A stretch of DNA of 16,114 nucleotides from a virus: the IMG/VR virus record IMGVR_UViG_3300046783_000031. The stretch is one strand, 5' to 3'. The position numbers and the translations under genes are program-made. A model generated the notes under the pieces. That model made no database searches. It was not told where the DNA came from and worked only from the letters and a program-made list of their open reading frames with translations. Below, piece by piece: positions 12,557-16,114 of this stretch. Each line of letters begins with the position of its first letter. The stretch's first letter is position 1.

Positions 12557-13512
12557 CAGTAGATCGTGACGCTGGCGCGGACCTCGGTGACCGAGACGGG
12601 CGCGGCGGGGTTGATCTGCAGGCGTAGCCATTCGCCGTCGGCCAGGGCGCCCTGGGCGCCGATCGTGAAGTGCTCGGTGCCGTCGTCCTCGACGGCGCCG
12701 CGCATGTCGATGTCGCGGCCGGTGTGGACGTCGTCGAGCTCGTGCCCGGTCTCCACGGCGCGCAGCATCACCGCGGCGCCGACCGGCGCGCGGACCAGGG
12801 TCACGGCGGCGTTGACGATGTAGCTGCAGGGGCCGGCCACGATCCCCCGCAGGGCGCCCTGGCCGGAGTCGTTGCGGACCCGCAGGACCGTCCACTCGTC
12901 GGCGGTGATCTCCTCAGCGACCGTGCACTTGCACTCGATGCGGTCCATGAAGCCCTCCTCGAGGACGCCGGCGAGCACCACGGCTCGTAGGTCGTCCATG
13001 TTCAGCGGGTCGGGGTCGACCTTCCGGCCGAATGCGTACTCCTTGTGGGCGCATAGCCAGTCGGCCAGCACGGTCGCGTCGCGGCGGATCCCCAGGGCGT
13101 CGGCCAGGGCGACCAGGCCGCGCAGCCCGTGCTGGCGTTGCCCGGTGGTCCACTGCTCGTTGGTGGTGTGGTCGGTCTCGATGCCGATGAAGTACCGGTT
13201 GCCGTCGTCCGGCGGGGTCTGACCCCACTGGCCCTCGCCCGCGTGGTTGGCGCGGCCGGCGGCGCAGATGTGCCAGGCGCCGTCGTAGTCGAGCCACAGC
13301 TGCGACAGGGGGCCGGGCAGCCCGGGCCGGCCGTTGATGATGACGTCGGCGCCGTGGCTGGTCTCGCCCTTCGGGGAGGCGTCGTGGTGCAGCATCAGCC
13401 CGCCGGGGGTGAAGGTCCCGTCCCGGCCGCGGCTCTGCCAGCCGGGCTCCTCGACGACGGGGACACCGGCGGCGCGTAGGACGTCGGCCAGGCCGAGCAG
13501 CATCAGGCTCAC
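12556..13512 (-). CDS. Endolysin, N-acetylmuramoyl-L-alanine amidase (Amidase_2/PGRP-type) with an uncharacterised C-terminal domain (318 aa, GTG start)
   Basis: Motifs LMLHHDAS, RANHAGEG, FIGIETDH and CAHKEYAFGRKVDP are typical of zinc amidase endolysins. It follows the tail genes with a GTGA overlap. Confidence 0.8.
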   Translation of the reverse strand: MSLMLLGLADVLRAAGVPVVEEPGWQSRGRDGTFTPGGLMLHHDASPKGETSHGADVIINGRPGLPGPLSQLWLDYDGAWHICAAGRANHAGEGQWGQTPPDDGNRYFIGIETDHTTNEQWTTGQRQHGLRGLVALADALGIRRDATVLADWLCAHKEYAFGRKVDPDPLNMDDLRAVVLAGVLEEGFMDRIECKCTVAEEITADEWTVLRVRNDSGQGALRGIVAGPCSYIVNAAVTLVRAPVGAAVMLRAVETGHELDDVHTGRDIDMRGAVEDDGTEHFTIGAQGALADGEWLRLQINPAAPVSVTEVRASVTIY

Positions 13513-14084
13513 GGGATCACCTTCACGATCCGCTGTACGCGCATGTAGGACAGGTTGCTACGGACGATGGAGTTGACCGGGGATTCGGGTGGTGAGATGT
13601 GGTCGCCCCACACCAGGGTCAGCCGGCCCGGCGTGGTGACGCTCAGGACCAGGTCCTCCCGGCACCGGTTGTTGAAGCTCGGGTGCACGCCGTAGCTCTG
13701 CAGCAGGATCAGCTGCGCGACGGGCCGGTGCACCATCCGCTGTGAGCTGACGTCGGTCATGGCCAGCTCGGGACCGGACACGAACCGGGACTGCAACGTG
13801 ATGCCGCCGGTGACGGCCCAGGCCTGGTCGACGTCCCGGTTCGGATCGGACGCCGTCGTGTACGCGGTGATGCACCGGACCCGCCAGTCACCGGTCGGTA
13901 GGTCGATGAACATCTGGGGATCCTCGAGCGGAGGCTGGCCCAGGCCGTGGCCGTAGTCGGCGGTGGGCCGCACGTACAGGGGCAGGCCCTTGTCGAGGTG
14001 GTCGGCCATCGTCTGCAGTGAGCTCGGGATGATCGTGGCGTCGCCGGCGTTGGGGTACGGGATCCCGTACGTGGTGGTGGGCAT
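13509..14084 (-). CDS. Minor tail / tail-tip protein, paralog 2 (191 aa)
   Basis: It shares MPTT..G..YP, YVRPTA, DPQM.I.LP, DV.Q.W...G.TLQSRF..GPE and MV.RP.A with the upstream gene. It is the last structural gene before the lysis genes. Confidence 0.6.
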   Translation of the reverse strand: MPTTTYGIPYPNAGDATIIPSSLQTMADHLDKGLPLYVRPTADYGHGLGQPPLEDPQMFIDLPTGDWRVRCITAYTTASDPNRDVDQAWAVTGGITLQSRFVSGPELAMTDVSSQRMVHRPVAQLILLQSYGVHPSFNNRCREDLVLSVTTPGRLTLVWGDHISPPESPVNSIVRSNLSYMRVQRIVKVIP

Positions 14085-14085
14085 G

Positions 14086-14640
14086 TCAGGCCGCCAGGAT
14101 TTTCTGGATGATCAGGTGCGACAGGGCCGAGCGGGTCACGTCGACCCCGGCGGTGTTCGTGTTCTGCGCGTACCGCAGCTTGAGCGTGCCGCTGCCGGTG
14201 GTCGAGACCATCAGCTCCTCGCGCACGTACGTCGTGCCGGAGGAGAAGATCCCGAACCCCTGGCTGCTGGTGAACGACGCGATGGGCCGGTTCACCATCA
14301 GCGTCGAGGCGGTGTTCGCGGTCGCGGTCTCGGGGCCGGCGGCGAAGCGGGACTGCAGCGTGACCCCGGTGGCGTCCCAGGTCTGCGCGACGTCGACCGC
14401 GGCGTTGGGGCACGAGTACCCGGTGGTGCACTCCACCGAGTAGACCCCGGCGGCCGGCAGGACGATCTGCATCTGGGGGTCGATGTGCGGGGTGCTGGTG
14501 TTGTGGGTGTCCGCCGCGGTCGGGCGGACGTAGACGGCGATGAAGGCGTCGAGCTGTTCGGCCAGGCGTTGCAGGTCGGCGGGGACGTCGGGGACGTCGA
14601 ACGGCGCCGGGTACACCAGGCCGTGCAGGGTGGTCGGCAT
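14086..14640 (-). CDS. Minor tail / tail-tip protein, paralog 1 (184 aa)
   Basis: Start is ATG 14640, 2 nt after the upstream stop. It is paralogous to 13509-14084. The upstream 115 codons of track ORF 14086-14985 overlap the preceding gene and are rejected. Confidence 0.6.
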   Translation of the reverse strand: MPTTLHGLVYPAPFDVPDVPADLQRLAEQLDAFIAVYVRPTAADTHNTSTPHIDPQMQIVLPAAGVYSVECTTGYSCPNAAVDVAQTWDATGVTLQSRFAAGPETATANTASTLMVNRPIASFTSSQGFGIFSSGTTYVREELMVSTTGSGTLKLRYAQNTNTAGVDVTRSALSHLIIQKILAA

Positions 14641-14642
14641 GG

Positions 14643-15833
14643 TCAGCCTCCGATCGTGATGCCGGCGACGTTCTCCGGTAGGCGGGTCGTGATGGTCATG
14701 GAGCCGGCGTCGAGGTCGTACGTCACGGCGCTCACGAGCAGCCGTTCCTGGTCGCCGAGCGGGAGCTGGACGGTGACGGTGTCGGTCGGGCGCAGCCAGT
14801 ACGCCGAGACCGCGGACAGGCTCAGGGACCGGCCCAACGTGAGCCGCTTCGCGAGCAGGTCGCGCGCCATCCGGTTCAGCGCGGACTGCGGCGCGTAGGT
14901 CCGGATCCGGCGCTCGAGCTTCGCGACCACGGCGCCGACGTTGCCGACCGAGTACGGCCCGGAGCTCAGCCACGCCCTGCCCCACAGCGGGTCCTGGTCC
15001 TCCCAGGCGCCGGCGATCTTCTTGGCCCAGGCGACCTCGACGAGGACGGCGTTGGCCCAGTCCTCGCCCCGCTCCAGGGTCGTCGAGCTAGTAATAACCG
15101 TGCCGTTCTCGCCGACCTTCAGCTGGTGCGCGGCCTGCCCGGCGGCGGTGACGGGCTTCGTCGGCATGTGCCAGACCCCGTTGCCGTCGGCGTACAGCCA
15201 GGCTCCGACCAGGGCGGCGATGTCGGCGGCGACCTCCAGCGGCCGCGCGCCCTGCACGGGCAGCTGCGCGCCGTAGGCGTCGGCGCCGTCCCCGGACCAG
15301 CCGGCCTCGGGTGAGGCGTTGACGTAGTCCCAGCCGCCCGCATCAGGCACGGCGCCGACGGCCTTCAGGCATTCGTTCACCGCGGCGCGGGCCTCGGTCG
15401 CGGAGTTCCACGCCGTCTTGGTGGCGATGGTGACCAGCCCGGTCAGCTCGTACGAGCGCCCGGCTAGGTACTCCTCGCCCTCGATGTCGAGGTCGAGGGT
15501 GTCGTCGGGGCGCACGGTCGAGCGGGACACGAGCCAGCAGCGGGCCAGCAGGTGCACGTCGGTGGTGCCGTCCGGCAGCCGGTACCCGGCGTGGATCTCC
15601 ACGCGGACCTTCGCCCGGGGGTCGAGCCGGTCCAGGGTGGTCTGGTCGTCGGCGACCCGGGCGGTCAGGGTGCCCTGGACGTGCGGCCACCAGGACTCGT
15701 CGAACGTGATGGTGCAACGTTCCACCGTCAGCGGGATCGGCGCGGCCGCGGCGTCGTAGGCCAGCACGGCGTACTGCTGCGGCAGGGGGCCGCGGATCAG
15801 GGTCTCGATCAGCGGCGAGTACGCGCCGGTCAC
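14643..15833 (-). CDS. Minor tail protein, probable baseplate hub / Tal-like (396 aa, GTG start)
   Basis: It is the second gene after the tape measure. It overlaps the Dit-like gene as GTGA. Its size is typical of Tal N-terminal hub domains. This is a synteny-based call. Confidence 0.5.
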   Translation of the reverse strand: MTGAYSPLIETLIRGPLPQQYAVLAYDAAAAPIPLTVERCTITFDESWWPHVQGTLTARVADDQTTLDRLDPRAKVRVEIHAGYRLPDGTTDVHLLARCWLVSRSTVRPDDTLDLDIEGEEYLAGRSYELTGLVTIATKTAWNSATEARAAVNECLKAVGAVPDAGGWDYVNASPEAGWSGDGADAYGAQLPVQGARPLEVAADIAALVGAWLYADGNGVWHMPTKPVTAAGQAAHQLKVGENGTVITSSTTLERGEDWANAVLVEVAWAKKIAGAWEDQDPLWGRAWLSSGPYSVGNVGAVVAKLERRIRTYAPQSALNRMARDLLAKRLTLGRSLSLSAVSAYWLRPTDTVTVQLPLGDQERLLVSAVTYDLDAGSMTITTRLPENVAGITIGG

Positions 15834-16114
15834 GGTCCCACGACCAGGTCGCCGTAGGTCGGGAACGGCCCTTGCAGCGCGGCGTACGTGCCGTACGGGA
15901 CGAGGTCCTCGTACGTCCAGCCGGCGGTCGGGGCGAGGTTCCCGCTCGGGCGGGCGACCCGGTCGAACTGGACGGCCACGGTCCAGCGGCGCTCGGTGCG
16001 GCCGGTGGTCGTGCTGATCCGGGTGGTGTCGCCGTGGGTGAGGTCGGTGCCGGCCACGGTGAAGTACATGTCCAGGCTCAGCGGGTCGGAGTGGCGCAGC
16101 ATGAACACCTCGCC
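15830..16114 (-). CDS. C-terminal part of the Dit-like minor tail protein (same gene as 1-661; 15988-16114 duplicates 1-127)
   Basis: The frame runs to the window edge. The GTG shown as the start in the track (16108) is an internal Val codon of the junction-spanning ORF. Confidence 0.7.
   Translation of the reverse strand, partial: GEVFMLRHSDPLSLDMYFTVAGTDLTHGDTTRISTTTGRTERRWTVAVQFDRVARPSGNLAPTAGWTYEDLVPYGTYAALQGPFPTYGDLVVGP
15988..16114. repeat. Terminal overlap, copy 2 (identical to 1-127)
   Basis: Same comparison as copy 1. Confidence 0.9.

Larger units (their letters stand above)
1..15987. mobile_element. One complete circular genome unit of a small temperate siphovirus-like actinophage (virion, episomal or excised-prophage form)
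   Basis: Window ends overlap by 127 identical bp. A full morphogenesis, lysis and lysogeny gene set is present. A tail ORF is continuous and in frame across the junction (661 + 158 nt = 819 nt = 273 codons). Confidence 0.8.

Overview
All calls rest on motif recognition, synteny and hand translation; no database search was possible. The window is a GC-rich (about 68-70% by eye) actinobacterial-type tailed-phage genome that looks complete and circular. Bases 1-127 are identical to 15988-16114, giving a 15,987-bp unit, and a tail gene reads in frame across that junction.

One long minus-strand operon, mostly joined by 1-4 nt overlaps (ATGA/GTGA), runs 9963 down to 1, wraps, and continues 15987 down to 12428. 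Its order is: Xis/Cro-like HTH, winged-helix replication-initiator-like protein, hypothetical, HNH endonuclease, hypothetical, large terminase, portal, fused prohead protease-major capsid protein, head-tail connector, tail-terminator-like protein, major tail protein, a basic protein in the chaperone slot, tape measure, Dit-like protein, Tal-like protein, two paralogous tail-tip proteins, amidase endolysin, holin-like peptide.

A short plus-strand lysogeny module (10033-12431) holds an XRE-type repressor, a 132-aa ORF, a tyrosine integrase and a tandem-HTH (Xis-like) protein.

The most notable point is that an antisense 3' tRNA fragment (candidate attP core) lies inside the repressor ORF. That ORF continues into a zinc-ribbon tail ending in -LAA, with int downstream. 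This matches the integration-dependent immunity layout known from a few mycobacteriophage clusters.

Other points:
- a roughly 30-bp dyad-rich repeat present four times, in both coding and non-coding contexts;
- four perfect 15-bp iteron-like repeats next to an AT-richer patch inside the initiator-like gene;
- an 18-bp palindromic operator inside a near-consensus promoter;
- a low-GC candidate cos region;
- convergent genes sharing a CTAG stop.

I found no recognisable defence or toxin-antitoxin system.
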